Positions 29,705 through 39,722 of a stretch of DNA of 64,000 nucleotides are shown piece by piece. Made by a program: the position numbers and the translations under genes. Below the pieces are notes generated by a model that did no database searches, was not told the origin of the DNA, and was given only the letters and a program-made list of their open reading frames with translations. Source of the stretch: Candidatus Marinacidobacterales bacterium (GTDB lineage Bacteria > Acidobacteriota > Vicinamibacteria > Marinacidobacterales > SMYC01); NCBI GenBank assembly GCA_965224085.1, contig CBDCYI010000004.1, positions 1,184,001 to 1,248,000 on the forward strand, given 5' to 3'. How positions within the stretch are numbered: position 1 is the stretch's first letter; each line of letters opens with the position of its first letter.

Positions 29705-30883
29705 ATGGATCCCAACAACGCGATCGACGGCCTGACGGAAAAGATCACCGACGAGCTCATCCGAATCCGGCGCAGCATCCATCAGAATCCCGAGTTGGGG
29801 TTCGAGGAGTTCGAGACCGCGAAGCTGGTGTCCGGCACTCTCGACAGGCTGGGGATTCATCAACGCAGCGGCGTCGGCGGCACCGGCGTTGTCGGCGTCA
29901 TTGAGGGCGCCGGCCCCGGCAAGACCGTCGCGATCCGCGCCGACCTGGACGCACTTCCCATCCACGAGCAGAGCGGCGTTTCCTTCGCCTCCAAGGTGCC
30001 GGGCAAGATGCACGCCTGCGGCCACGACATTCACACCGCCATCGCCCTCGGCGCAGCCATGGTGCTAAACGAGATCAAGGATCGTCTTAAGGGCCAGGTG
30101 AAGCTTATTTTCCAACCCAACGAGGAGGGCCTTGGGGGCGCCCAGGCGATGATCGAGGACGGGGTGCTCGAGGACCCGGCGATCGACATCGTGCTGGGCT
30201 ACCACAACTGGCCGCTCCTGGAAGCAGGCAAAGTCGGTTACCAGACGGACGTGGTGTTCGCGGCCGCGGACTTATTCGACATTACCCTCAAGGGGGTGTC
30301 CGGGCACGCCGCCCATCCCCACACCACCGTCGATGCCATCGCCGCCACGGCCTACTTCATCACCCAGTTGCAGACCATCGTCAGCCGCGAGATTTCGCCG
30401 ACCGAACCGGCCGTCATCAGCATCGGGCAGATCGAGGGTGGCACCGCGCGCAATATCATCGCCAGCGAGGTTCGCCTGTCGGGCGGCGTGCGCGGCCAAT
30501 CGACCGAGGTGATGAAGCGGGTGGAGAAGACCATGCGCCGGCTGCTGGACGGCATCAAGGCGGGGATGCGCGTTGATTACGAGCTCGACTACCGCATTGC
30601 TGTCCCGGTACTGCGCAACGACACGGCGACCCTGGATCGGGTGCTGAGATCGGCGCGGAACATTCTGGGCGACGAAAACGTCAAGGACCTAGCCTTTTCC
30701 TCCATGGGCAGCGAGGATCTGTCCTTCTTCACCGAACGCTTTCCCAGCGCCCACCTGCGCATCGGCGCCAAGATCGACGGGCTGGAGACCATGCCGCACA
30801 AAGCCAACTACGATTGCAACGAACTGGCCATCCCGACCGCCGTTCGCGCCATCAGCCGCGCTACCCTGGACCTGCTGGGATGA
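29705..30883 (+). CDS. M20D family amidohydrolase (hippurate hydrolase-like)
   Basis: HQNPELGFEE, IRADLDALP, MHACGHDIH, FQPNEEG, GHAAHPH, MGSED. Confidence 0.9.
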   Translation: MDPNNAIDGLTEKITDELIRIRRSIHQNPELGFEEFETAKLVSGTLDRLGIHQRSGVGGTGVVGVIEGAGPGKTVAIRADLDALPIHEQSGVSFASKVPGKMHACGHDIHTAIALGAAMVLNEIKDRLKGQVKLIFQPNEEGLGGAQAMIEDGVLEDPAIDIVLGYHNWPLLEAGKVGYQTDVVFAAADLFDITLKGVSGHAAHPHTTVDAIAATAYFITQLQTIVSREISPTEPAVISIGQIEGGTARNIIASEVRLSGGVRGQSTEVMKRVEKTMRRLLDGIKAGMRVDYELDYRIAVPVLRNDTATLDRVLRSARNILGDENVKDLAFSSMGSEDLSFFTERFPSAHLRIGAKIDGLETMPHKANYDCNELAIPTAVRAISRATLDLLG

Positions 30884-30923
30884 AAGCCCGGGTCGACGCC
30901 AGCTCGAAAAGACGAGACAAGCG

Positions 30924-31454
30924 ATGACCGGGACCGACGGTGCCAACCCAAGGCGGCCCCTGGACTTGGCTTTTCCTTTGCGCCTGGTCGTCGGCGCCGG
31001 ATTCGGCGTGATCGTGGTGCTGACCATCGCCCAGGTCATCTTCCGCTTCGTGTTCGACAGCCCCCTGGTGTGGAGCGAGGAGCTGGCGCGACTGCTGCTC
31101 GTCTGGGTGACGTTCCTCGGCGGTGCCGTGGTCTGCTGGGATGGCGCCCACCTAAACGTGGACGCTCTCTTCGTCAAGCTTCCGCGCCCCTTGCGCCGCT
31201 ATGTCCGTATCTTCAACGGGGCCGTCGCCATCGTCTTCCTGGTGGTGCTTTCGTATTTCAGCATCGAAATGGTGATCATCGAGCACATCACGACGCTGGG
31301 ATCCATGGACATCCCGGCAAGCTTCGTTCGCGTCCCGGCAACCATCGGCGGCGCCTTGATGGTTATCTTCATCGTGCTGCGTTGGGTCTATCGCCTGCCC
31401 GCCGAACGGGCGGCGATGGGCGAAGCGTTCGACGACAGCGAAGAGCCCATGTAG
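30924..31454 (+). CDS. TRAP transporter small permease (DctQ)
   Basis: QVIFRFVF..PLVWSEELAR...W..FLG, HLNVD. Confidence 0.9.
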   Translation: MTGTDGANPRRPLDLAFPLRLVVGAGFGVIVVLTIAQVIFRFVFDSPLVWSEELARLLLVWVTFLGGAVVCWDGAHLNVDALFVKLPRPLRRYVRIFNGAVAIVFLVVLSYFSIEMVIIEHITTLGSMDIPASFVRVPATIGGALMVIFIVLRWVYRLPAERAAMGEAFDDSEEPM

Positions 31455-31472
31455 GCGGCGGGAGGAAAGACC

Positions 31473-32003
31473 GTGCTCGTCGTCGCCATACTGGTGCTTC
31501 TGGTCGCGCTGCTGTTGCTTGGCATGCCCCTGGTATTTGCCATGGGGACGACGGCGGTCATCTATCTCTACATCACCGATATCCATTTTTCCATGCTCGC
31601 CCAGCGCATGACATCGGCGGTCGATTCCTTCCTCATCCTGGCCATCCCGTTCTTCTACCTGGCCGGCGAGCTGATGAACGCCTGCAAGCTGACCGACCGT
31701 ATTGTGGCCATGGCCAAGGCCTTGGTCGGCCACATCCAGGGCGGCCTGGCCCAGGTCAACATCGTGGCCAGCATGATCTTCGCCGGCATGTCGGGTTCGG
31801 CCACCGCGGATACGGCGGCCTTGGGTTCGGTGCTTATCCCGGCGATGAAGAAGGAGGGTTACCACGCCGATTTCAGCGCCGCCGTCACCGTTGCCTCGGC
31901 GATGATCGGCCCAATCATCCCGCCCAGCGTCGCCATGGTGATCTTCGGCGCCGTCGCCGACGTCTCCATCGGCAGGCTACTGCTTGCCGGCATCCTGCCC
32001 GGC
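31473..32003 (+). pseudogene. TRAP transporter large permease (DctM), truncated
   Basis: LAIPFF.LAGELM, FAGMSGSATAD, GPIIPPS, SIGRLLLAGILPG, then homology stops at the intron remnant. Confidence 0.85.
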
Positions 32004-32171
32004 TTGCCGGCGGCTTTCGCCACGTGCCGGTGCCTCAGTCCTTGCCATGTCCCCCTTTCCAGCCCCCTCCACCTCGCACGCAACGTGCGGATTTCCCGCA
32101 AGACGCGCCCCTGCACACTTCGTATCAAGGGTTATGTGACCTAGCCGGTTGGCCACTGTCCGCGAGGGGCA
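32004..32171 (-). mobile_element. Group II intron 3' remnant (domain V and part of domain VI)
   Basis: Minus strand: GGTCACATAACCCTTGATACGAAGTGTGCAGGG-GCGCGTCTTGCGGGAAATCCGCACGTTGCGTGC-GAGGTGGAGGGGGCTGGAAA...CCGGCACGTGGCGAAAGCCGCCGG; DV-like hairpin at 32076-32108; no RT ORF. Confidence 0.7.
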
Positions 32172-32240
32172 CGAGATAACGGACCCGATAGTCATTAAAT
32201 TAAACTAGAATCTCGAGCCGTTCTCGCGCTCCGGCAGCTA

Positions 32241-32282
32241 CTGGATGCGTACTACGAAATGCTGGATGCGTACTACGAAATG
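32241..32282 (+). repeat. Perfect 21-bp tandem duplication
   Basis: CTGGATGCGTACTACGAAATG x2. Confidence 0.95.
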
Positions 32283-32355
32283 ATGGGCTGGGATGAAAAC
32301 GGCGTGCCGCGAGCGGCCACGTTCTACGACCACCACCTGGAGTGGGTGCAGGGAG
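32241..32355 (+). pseudogene. Aldehyde:ferredoxin oxidoreductase C-terminal remnant
   Basis: MLDAYYEMMGWDENGVP matches the AOR-family YY..RGWD..G.P tail. Confidence 0.55.
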
Positions 32356-32364
32356 CCCACTCTA

Positions 32365-33834
32365 TCAGCAGACAGGCAAGCGGATCGTAAAGACGCTTCC
32401 TTTGCCGGGCTTGCTCGACACGTCGATGGTGCCGTTGTGCTCCTCGATGATGCGATAGCTGATGGAAAGGCCCAGCCCGGTGCCGACCCCTACGCCTTTA
32501 GTGGTGAACCCGGGATCGAAAATCCGCTCCCGTTCTTCTTCGGAGATTCCACGCCCGGTATCGGCAAACTCCAGAACGACGCTATCACCGTCGCGTCGGG
32601 TGGTGATGGTGATCGTGCCCCGACCGTCCATTGCTTGAAAGGCGTTTACCAAGACGTTCATGAAGACCTGGTTGAGTCGATTGGGAAAACACTCCATGTC
32701 TTCGAGATCCCCGTAATTTTTGACGACCTCGACGCCGTCCTTTAATTTGTGCCGCAGAAGCGTCAGGGTGCTGTCGATCCCTTCATGCAGGTCGGCTTTC
32801 TTGCGCTGGGCTTCATCGAGACGCGCGAAGCTGCGCAAGGATTTCACGATCCCGACGAGGCGGTCCGAGGCCGTGTGCGTCGTAGAGGTCGCTTGTCTAA
32901 GGGCCTCGAGCGCCGGCTCGAGTTTCGGATACCGGGGAAATACGTCGGTGAGATCTTCACTCTCGAGCGCTTTCGTCACGATCGTCGTCGCACGCTTAGC
33001 GACGTCGGCATTGGCATGGATGGAGCCCAGCGGTGTATTGAATTCATGGGCGACCCCCGCGACCAGGTCGCCGAGCGCGGCCATTTTCGCCGATTGAACG
33101 AGCTGCGCCTGGGTTTCTCTGAGCTCGATGTTGGTCTTTTGAAGCTCTTCGGTGCGCTCGCGCACGCGTTGTTCGAGTGTCTCGTTGAGGAGCTTCAATC
33201 GCTCGTGCGCTTCCGCGAGCTCTTTGCGGCGCTCCTCCTTGGCCCGATAGAGCTGCGCATTGTGAATGGCGCTTGCGGCCTGGTTGGCGACGATCGTGAT
33301 CAGGATCTCGTCTCGTTCGCTGAAGACTCGGTGCTCCTCACTCTCGACCGAGAACACCCCGATGAGCTTGTCCTTGATCACGAGCGGAATGGCGATCTGG
33401 CTTTCGACGTTAGGAAGACCGGGTAGCTTCGTGGGTTCCCCGAGCTCGACCACCTGTCCTTGTTGCTCCATCTGGCTACGAACGGTGGAGTGGTAGGCGC
33501 GGCGCTGGCCCAGGTTGCCGAGCCGCATCATGCGGCGCTTTTTAGCGACGACACCGATGAGTCCGGTTCCCACCGGTACTTTGGCGCCAATGGCATCTTC
33601 TTCATACCCGTGGCTGGCTACGACGCTCAGAGTCTCTTCAGAATCGTCGAGTAGCAGGATAGAGTGGCTGAAGCCGAAGAGATCGTCCATGGTGCCGAGG
33701 ACGATGTCGAGGATCTCGTCGAGGTTCGGAGTGGAGTTGATGACGGTCAAGACTTGTTGAAGGATGCGGACTTCCGCGGTCTTTTGGGCGAGCTCGCCTT
33801 CGAGCTCGGCGCTCGCCGGACGTTCGGAGTTCAT
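32365..33834 (-). CDS. Cytoplasmic GAF-domain sensor histidine kinase
   Basis: GAF (IAIPLVIKDKLIGV...FSERDE...ANQAASAI), coiled coil, H-box AHEFNTPL, N-box QVFMNVLVNA, DTGRG, FTTK, GTGLGL; no TM helix. Confidence 0.9.
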   Translation of the reverse strand: MNSERPASAELEGELAQKTAEVRILQQVLTVINSTPNLDEILDIVLGTMDDLFGFSHSILLLDDSEETLSVVASHGYEEDAIGAKVPVGTGLIGVVAKKRRMMRLGNLGQRRAYHSTVRSQMEQQGQVVELGEPTKLPGLPNVESQIAIPLVIKDKLIGVFSVESEEHRVFSERDEILITIVANQAASAIHNAQLYRAKEERRKELAEAHERLKLLNETLEQRVRERTEELQKTNIELRETQAQLVQSAKMAALGDLVAGVAHEFNTPLGSIHANADVAKRATTIVTKALESEDLTDVFPRYPKLEPALEALRQATSTTHTASDRLVGIVKSLRSFARLDEAQRKKADLHEGIDSTLTLLRHKLKDGVEVVKNYGDLEDMECFPNRLNQVFMNVLVNAFQAMDGRGTITITTRRDGDSVVLEFADTGRGISEEERERIFDPGFTTKGVGVGTGLGLSISYRIIEEHNGTIDVSSKPGKGSVFTIRLPVC

Positions 33835-33839
33835 GGGCA

Positions 33840-34259
33840 CTACCCGGAAGGTTTGAGAGAAACTTTGCGGATCGATTGGACTTCGTAGACATCCGCCGCT
33901 TTGAGCTTGAAGATCCCGGACATTCCGCTCACCGAGGCGATGGCCTCGATCTGCATGTCCATCTCGTCGAAAATAGGGCCTTCCGTTTGCGAGTGATCGT
34001 AGCGAGCTTGAATAATCCAATGCGCGTATCCGTGATAGTCATTCAGGAGGACGCAAGCATTCGGATTCTCACGGACGTTTTTGACCGTCTTGTTGAAGAA
34101 TTGAAAGGATAGAGCCACATGCTCCGGGTCCACGTAATAGACCTGGGAGATGATGGTCGTATTCGGTGCACCATCTGCCGAGCACGATATGACCAGTGCG
34201 GGAACACCGTTCTCAAGGACCGGCTTGATCGCGTCTGGGAGCTCGACCCCTTCCATCAT
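33840..34259 (-). CDS. Pyridoxamine 5'-phosphate oxidase-like (split-barrel) protein
   Basis: ISCSADGAPN, SQVYYVD..HVALSFQFFNKTVKNVRENP; real start at MMEGV (34259). Confidence 0.8.
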   Translation of the reverse strand: MMEGVELPDAIKPVLENGVPALVISCSADGAPNTTIISQVYYVDPEHVALSFQFFNKTVKNVRENPNACVLLNDYHGYAHWIIQARYDHSQTEGPIFDEMDMQIEAIASVSGMSGIFKLKAADVYEVQSIRKVSLKPSG

Positions 34260-34729
34260 TCCTCCGCGGGTACGAGTCTGCGCCCGGCACCCGGGCCAGG
34301 AGTCTGGAGATAGATTTCCTGCACTTTGAAGCTTATGGCCACGCTCGGTTCGGCGGCGGACGCGCGGCAGCTGTCCTCCGAGAATCCAAACAGCTTGGTT
34401 CCACGGTCGACGAAGTTCGATCGGCACTGCTCGAAGGCGGCAACGTCCGATTCGCTGTACGACCGGGTTGAAACGAAATCTCCCTTGAACTGGTAGGTTT
34501 CGTGCGAGGGTACTTCGCAGACGGTTAGCGCAAAATGACCGTTGTCTTCGAGCGATGGGATCAGCTCCGGCGTGAAGTGCTCGGCAACGAGGCAGGTGAT
34601 GGTCTGCCGATCCGGTTCGACGAACCATCCCGAAAGCCGGTGCACGTGCGGGACGAGATTCTTGTCTCGCGTGCCACCGATGCCCACCGTCGCGGTTTTC
34701 AGGAACTCGATGATCGCGTCCGGGATCAC
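34256..34729 (-). CDS. Second PPOX-like split-barrel protein
   Basis: GTRDKNLVPH, LEDNGHFALT, HETYQFKG, IYLQTPGPGAG; stop overlaps next start (ATGA). Confidence 0.7.
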   Translation of the reverse strand: MIPDAIIEFLKTATVGIGGTRDKNLVPHVHRLSGWFVEPDRQTITCLVAEHFTPELIPSLEDNGHFALTVCEVPSHETYQFKGDFVSTRSYSESDVAAFEQCRSNFVDRGTKLFGFSEDSCRASAAEPSVAISFKVQEIYLQTPGPGAGRRLVPAEE

Positions 34730-34983
34730 GGAAACCCCCTACGTAGCTCTGTGCTTCTCCAAGCGACGAGCAATTCTTTGTCAGCCCGTAGCCGAAGCGA
34801 GTTCCGATTCTAATCGAGGAGACCGCGTTGGGGCAAGCAGTCGCGGCACGAGCTCAGGTGCTTCCGCAATCAAGTGTTGGCGGTGAGCCCTGACCCCTCT
34901 GCGTGGTAGAGTTTGAGCCTGATTTCGAGAGACGCAGTTCTTTTGTCGACAAGGCCCCCGCGAGGTGAAGAAGCTGAGTTGTC

Positions 34984-36069
34984 TCAACGCAGAAGTGCCT
35001 GCTCCGGGGACATATAAGCGAGAGTGCCCATGATTTGACCGACGCTGGTCTCGCGCCGTGCCCGCGTTTGGGCTTCAGCGGCCTTCTCAGGCAAAGGCTC
35101 CACGAGTTTTGCTAGGCCGAAGTCAATGATCTTGGGGTGGCCGTCATCGGTGACCATGATGTTCGCGGGTTTAATGTCACGATGCACGATGCCTTTCGAG
35201 TGAGCCTTGGTGAGTCCCTCGGCGACCTCAGTCACGATGTGGACCGCACGCTCGGGAGTCCGTTCTATCTCGAGGACGCCTGCCTTGAACGCTTTGGAGT
35301 AGAAGGTGTTGACGAGATGGCGCGTGTAGAACCGCGGCTGTTCGAGCGCCCGCTGAATACTCCCCTGGGAACGATGATCACCCTCGACTTGCACCAGCTC
35401 CCGGAGCGTCGCGGCAAGCTCAGGCTGACGGAAGATGTCGCCAGGCTCGGGCAGGTGACCGTCCCGCAGGTAGATTTTCGCCGTGGAAGGAAACTGCTTG
35501 GTGCCCTCAATCCGAGCACTTCCTCGAGGCTCATGGTTCCGAAGCGATCCAGCGCCAACACGAGCGTGTCGAAAACGGCGGGCATGGTGGCCGTCAAGAT
35601 TCCGGTCGGTTCGTGTCATGGTGGCCGTCAAGATTCCGGTCGGTTCCCCACCTCGCTGTTTGTAGAAATCAATACTCGCCGACTTGGGTGCGAAACCGAC
35701 CCCGCTGATGGCGTAAACCTTGCGTTCGTCCGCCACATACACCAGGACAGGCACCTCGCCACCGAATCCGAACACATCGAGCTCGGTCACCGCCTCGGCA
35801 AATACCGTCGCCACACCTGCGTCAATGGCGTTGCCTCCCTGTATGAGAATCCTCTGCCCGGCTTGGGCGGATAGGTATTTGCGGCCCCCGAGAGCTCCTC
35901 GCAGACCGCGAACCACTGGCTTATATGTCTTCGCGTAGTAGGCCTTGGTGAAAGCCTCCATTTGTTCTGGAGAACCGTCTCCTTGGGGCTTACGGGTCTG
36001 CGCTGCCAAAGCGGCTGCCAGTGTCCCCGAAAGCACAAGGGATGTTCGGACTAGCGTACCTCTTCTCAT
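34984..36069 (-). pseudogene. Chimeric ORF: gamma-glutamyltransferase pieces fused in frame to a Ser/Thr kinase fragment
   Basis: [16 protein letters not shown] and [10 protein letters not shown] (GGT) followed by [24 protein letters not shown] (kinase subdomains VI-VIII only). Confidence 0.75.
35583..35646. repeat. 30-bp direct repeat separated by 4 bp
   Basis: CATGGTGGCCGTCAAGATTCCGGTCGGTTC at 35583-35612 and 35617-35646. Confidence 0.9.
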
Positions 36070-36518
36070 GATTCTGCCTCCTTTGTCTCACCCCGAGGAT
36101 ATCCTGCATCTATTGAAATCGGTGAGTGACTCCGTTCAGATCGTCGGTGTCAAAGCTGGCGGTCAAAAAGAAAGGAGCCACCCGGTGAGAGGAAATACGA
36201 AGAAGAGCAAGAATGCAACTCAGATGCTGAGGGCGACGCAGGAGCAAGAGTGGTGGGCGATCAAGTTATGCGGGTAGTGTGCTAAAACTCAGCCTGAAGA
36301 CGAAATCGGCATCACCAAACACACGCTCTGGCTGAATTGGAAGGAAAAGGACACTTTCGGCTGCCGTTTCCCGAGCATCGCGCCTTCGGCGGCGTTCGGT
36401 CTTCGGCCATGAACCGCGGCCGCTCCGCTTACGCTGCCTGCCAGTAGTAGCTACCGCTTCACCCCGGAAGTACTTCTCGAGTTGCCTCTTCAGTTGGGAG
36501 AGGTAAATCAGTCTTCGC

Positions 36519-39500
36519 CTAAGGCGGCACGTCGGTCGGCGGCAAGTTTATGGTACGCCCCGGGGTCCAGGGGACACCCGCCGCATCGAGCTCTTGCTCC
36601 AGCGCCGGCAGGTCCAGCCGGACCAGGCGCTCCACTGCCGCGATCTGCTCGGTGAGCTTCTCCTGGCTGTGCCGGGTCAGCCGCTTTTGGTCGGCCGTCG
36701 GCAACGCGGTCGAGGACTCGACGTTGGCGTACAGCAATCGGACCTGTTCGGCGAGAGCTGGCGCGCCCCTCTGCTCGGCCCGGCTGCGGGTGTTCTCCTC
36801 CCCGTTGATTGCCCGTCGGACCTCCGTCAGGGCGTCGTCGATCTCCGTGAGCTGGGAATCGATGGCACCGGGAACGTCGGCCTGCGTTTGGAGCGCCCGG
36901 CGCATCCCACCAAGTCGCTCCTCGACCTCCGCGGTCGTCAACAGAATCGCGTGCACGACGCCTATCAACTGGTTGAGCGTCTGTAGCGTGTCGTGCCACG
37001 TACGGCGGTCCGCGGTGCTGATGTCGATCCACGGGTCGCCGGAAACCGCGACACTCCGGACCTGCTCCGTCTCTCCCGCCCTGAGCCGGACCTGATAGGT
37101 GCCCGGCAACACGAACGGACCCGCCAATATGCCACGGAACAACGGCGCGGAGTCTCCCTCACCGGGCTTGAACGTCAACGGGTGTCGCAAGTCCCACACC
37201 AGCCGCTGGACGCCAGCTCCGTCTGGACCCTGTGGGGCTTCCAGCCGTCGCAAAAGCTGCCCGCCTTCGTGCAGGATGTCGACCGCCACCTTCGGAGCGG
37301 ACGACGTCGACTCCATCAGCGCCGGGTTGACGTAGTAGGTGAGGATCGCTCCATCCGGGGGGTTCGGTGCCGTGTAGTGGCTGTGACCCAGACTGCGCCG
37401 GCCCCGGTTGAACTTGTGCATCTGGATGGCCGGACGCACCGACGCCAGATGAAGGTCCGATGCCAGCACCTCCTCGGAAAGCTCCTCCAGGATGGCAACG
37501 TCGTCGAGAATCCAGAAGCCCCTGCCATGGGTTCCAATCACCAGGTCGTTTTTCTGTGGCTGGATCACCATGTCATGCACCGGCACCGTCGGCATGTTGT
37601 TCTTGAGCGACACCCACTGGCCACCGCCGGTGATCGAAACGAAGACCTGAGACTCCGTGCCGACGAACAGCAGGTTGGGATTGCGCGGATGCTCGACGAT
37701 CACCCGCGTCGAGCCGAACTCGGGAAGGTCGCCGGTGATGTCGCTCCAGATGGCTCCGTAGTCCGTGCTCTTGTACACGTAGGGCAGGAAGTTCGCGTCC
37801 TTGTGGCCGTCGAATGTGGCGTAGAGCGTCCCCTCCTGGTGCTGTGACCAGGACACCCGGCTCCCGCGGGTCTTCTCCGGTATGGTCGTGGGAGTCTCCG
37901 CCCGGACCCAATCGTCGCCGTCGTTCCGGCTCACGTGAATCAGCCCATCGTCGCTCCCCACCGCCAGCAAGCCCCGGCGGATCGGCGACTCCGAAAAGGT
38001 CGTGATGTTTCCGTAGTCCGAGGTGCTCCGGTGCAGGTCGAGGGCGTCCCGGGGCTGGATCTTGCCCTGCATCGGCATGTCGAAGTAGCTGATCTGGCGT
38101 GTCAAGTCGGGGCTAATCACTTGCCAGCTGTCGCCGCGGTCCGCGCTCTTGAACACCACGTTGGCGGAGAAGTAGAGCGTCTCGTTGTCGTAGTGGGAGA
38201 TGTGTAGCGGCGACGACCAGTTCCACAGGTACATCGGCGCGTCCTCGGGATGGGCCGGCTGGATCAAGCGCCGCTCACCGGTCTCGGTGTCGAAGCGCAC
38301 CAGCCGACCGTACTGGGACTCGCTGTAGACGATGGTGGGATCCTCGGGGTCGATGCGGGCGTGAAAGCCGTCGCCGCCGACCGTGACGAACCAATCCTCG
38401 TTGGCAATGCCGTCGGTGAAGCGCGTAGCGCTCGGTCCTCCCAGCGTGTTGTTGTCCTGGGTGCCACCGTAGACGTAGTAGAAGGGCTCCCGCTGGTCGA
38501 CCGCCACCGTGTAGAACTGCATCACCGGCAGGTTCGTCACGAAGTTCCACTTCTTGGCACGATCGAAGGTGAAGTAGACGCCGCCGTCGTTACCGATCAC
38601 GATGTGGTCGGAGTTTGTCGGGTCGATCCACATCGCCCGCTGGTCGACGTGGACTTGCGCTCCCGCGAAGTCGTAGGTAAACGTCCGGCCGCCGTCCTCG
38701 GAGACATTGTTGCCGTTGCGCAACAGGTAGACGCGCTCCGGGTTGTTGGGGTCGCATCGCAGCTTGTAAGCTATCTCGCCGCTCCGCCGCTCCCAGCTCG
38801 CGCCCCGATCATCGGAGCGGTAAAGACCTTCCTCGTCCCCCTTTGCGCGGATGGCCGCGTAGATCGTGTCGGGCTGGCTGCGACAGACGGAGAGCGCGAT
38901 GCTGCCGACGTCGCCCGCGGGCAGGCCGTTTTGAAGCTCCTGCCAGGTGGCGCCGCCGTCCGTCGTCCGGTAAATGCCGCCCTCGGGGCCGCCTCCGAGG
39001 AAGCTCCAGTTGCGCCGCTCCCGCTGGAAAGCCGCCGCATAGAGCAACGCCGGATCCCGAGGATCCATCTCCACGTCGGAAACGCCCGTGTACTGGCTGA
39101 CGAAGAGTACCTTCTCCCAGGTCTCGCCGCCGTCGGTGGTTTTGAACACCCCGCGTTCCTCGTTCGCGCCCCACAAGGCTCCCATCCCCGCAACGTAAAC
39201 GATGTCGGGGTCCTCCGGATGGATCACGATCTTTCCGGTGTGCCGCGTCTCCTCGAGCCCCATGTGCTTCCAGCTCTTGCCACCGTCTTCCGACTTGTAG
39301 ACCCCGTCGCCCCAGGAGGCGCTGCGGGCATTCCAGTTTTCTCCCGACCCGAGCCACACGAGGTTGGGGTTGTCCGGTGCGACGGCAATCGCGCCGAGAG
39401 ACGCCGTCCCCCGATTCTTGAAAATCTCTTCCCAGGTGATACCCCGGTTGGTGGACTTCCAGGCCCCACCGGTCGAGGTGGCGACGTAGACGATGTCGGG

Positions 39501-39701
39501 GTTGCTCTCGACCGCGGTGAGGTCACCGATGCGGCCGCTCTTGGCAGCCGGCCCGATGGTGCGCCACTCGAGCTTGGCTAGGGTCGAGCTCAGCGCTCGG
39601 CGGCCGTCGCGCTCTTGCCCGAACGATACCGAAGGGGATACCAGCGCGGCGGTCAACAACACCGACGCCAGGTTCAATAGCGTTACCGTACGGCTCCGCA
39701 T
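36519..39701 (-). CDS. Secreted BNR/Asp-box (VPS10/sortilin-like) beta-propeller protein, putative glycosyl hydrolase
   Basis: Many S/T-x-D-G-G-x-T/S-W repeats; WRTIGP..SGRI, GGTQDN, GGDGF, GTHGRGFWILDD; helical tail. Confidence 0.85.
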   Translation of the reverse strand: MRSRTVTLLNLASVLLTAALVSPSVSFGQERDGRRALSSTLAKLEWRTIGPAAKSGRIGDLTAVESNPDIVYVATSTGGAWKSTNRGITWEEIFKNRGTASLGAIAVAPDNPNLVWLGSGENWNARSASWGDGVYKSEDGGKSWKHMGLEETRHTGKIVIHPEDPDIVYVAGMGALWGANEERGVFKTTDGGETWEKVLFVSQYTGVSDVEMDPRDPALLYAAAFQRERRNWSFLGGGPEGGIYRTTDGGATWQELQNGLPAGDVGSIALSVCRSQPDTIYAAIRAKGDEEGLYRSDDRGASWERRSGEIAYKLRCDPNNPERVYLLRNGNNVSEDGGRTFTYDFAGAQVHVDQRAMWIDPTNSDHIVIGNDGGVYFTFDRAKKWNFVTNLPVMQFYTVAVDQREPFYYVYGGTQDNNTLGGPSATRFTDGIANEDWFVTVGGDGFHARIDPEDPTIVYSESQYGRLVRFDTETGERRLIQPAHPEDAPMYLWNWSSPLHISHYDNETLYFSANVVFKSADRGDSWQVISPDLTRQISYFDMPMQGKIQPRDALDLHRSTSDYGNITTFSESPIRRGLLAVGSDDGLIHVSRNDGDDWVRAETPTTIPEKTRGSRVSWSQHQEGTLYATFDGHKDANFLPYVYKSTDYGAIWSDITGDLPEFGSTRVIVEHPRNPNLLFVGTESQVFVSITGGGQWVSLKNNMPTVPVHDMVIQPQKNDLVIGTHGRGFWILDDVAILEELSEEVLASDLHLASVRPAIQMHKFNRGRRSLGHSHYTAPNPPDGAILTYYVNPALMESTSSAPKVAVDILHEGGQLLRRLEAPQGPDGAGVQRLVWDLRHPLTFKPGEGDSAPLFRGILAGPFVLPGTYQVRLRAGETEQVRSVAVSGDPWIDISTADRRTWHDTLQTLNQLIGVVHAILLTTAEVEERLGGMRRALQTQADVPGAIDSQLTEIDDALTEVRRAINGEENTRSRAEQRGAPALAEQVRLLYANVESSTALPTADQKRLTRHSQEKLTEQIAAVERLVRLDLPALEQELDAAGVPWTPGRTINLPPTDVPP

Positions 39702-39722
39702 TTTTCCTGTCCTTCCATAACG

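Noticed and set aside
32365-34628. ORF-track N-terminal extensions of the kinase (551 aa) and PPOX (262 aa)
   Set aside because: They overlap the upstream genes in other frames; the trimmed starts give a clean operon.
36280-36510. Hairpin-rich intergenic stretch as ncRNA or riboswitch
   Set aside because: No recognisable family motif; GC-rich hairpins arise by chance.
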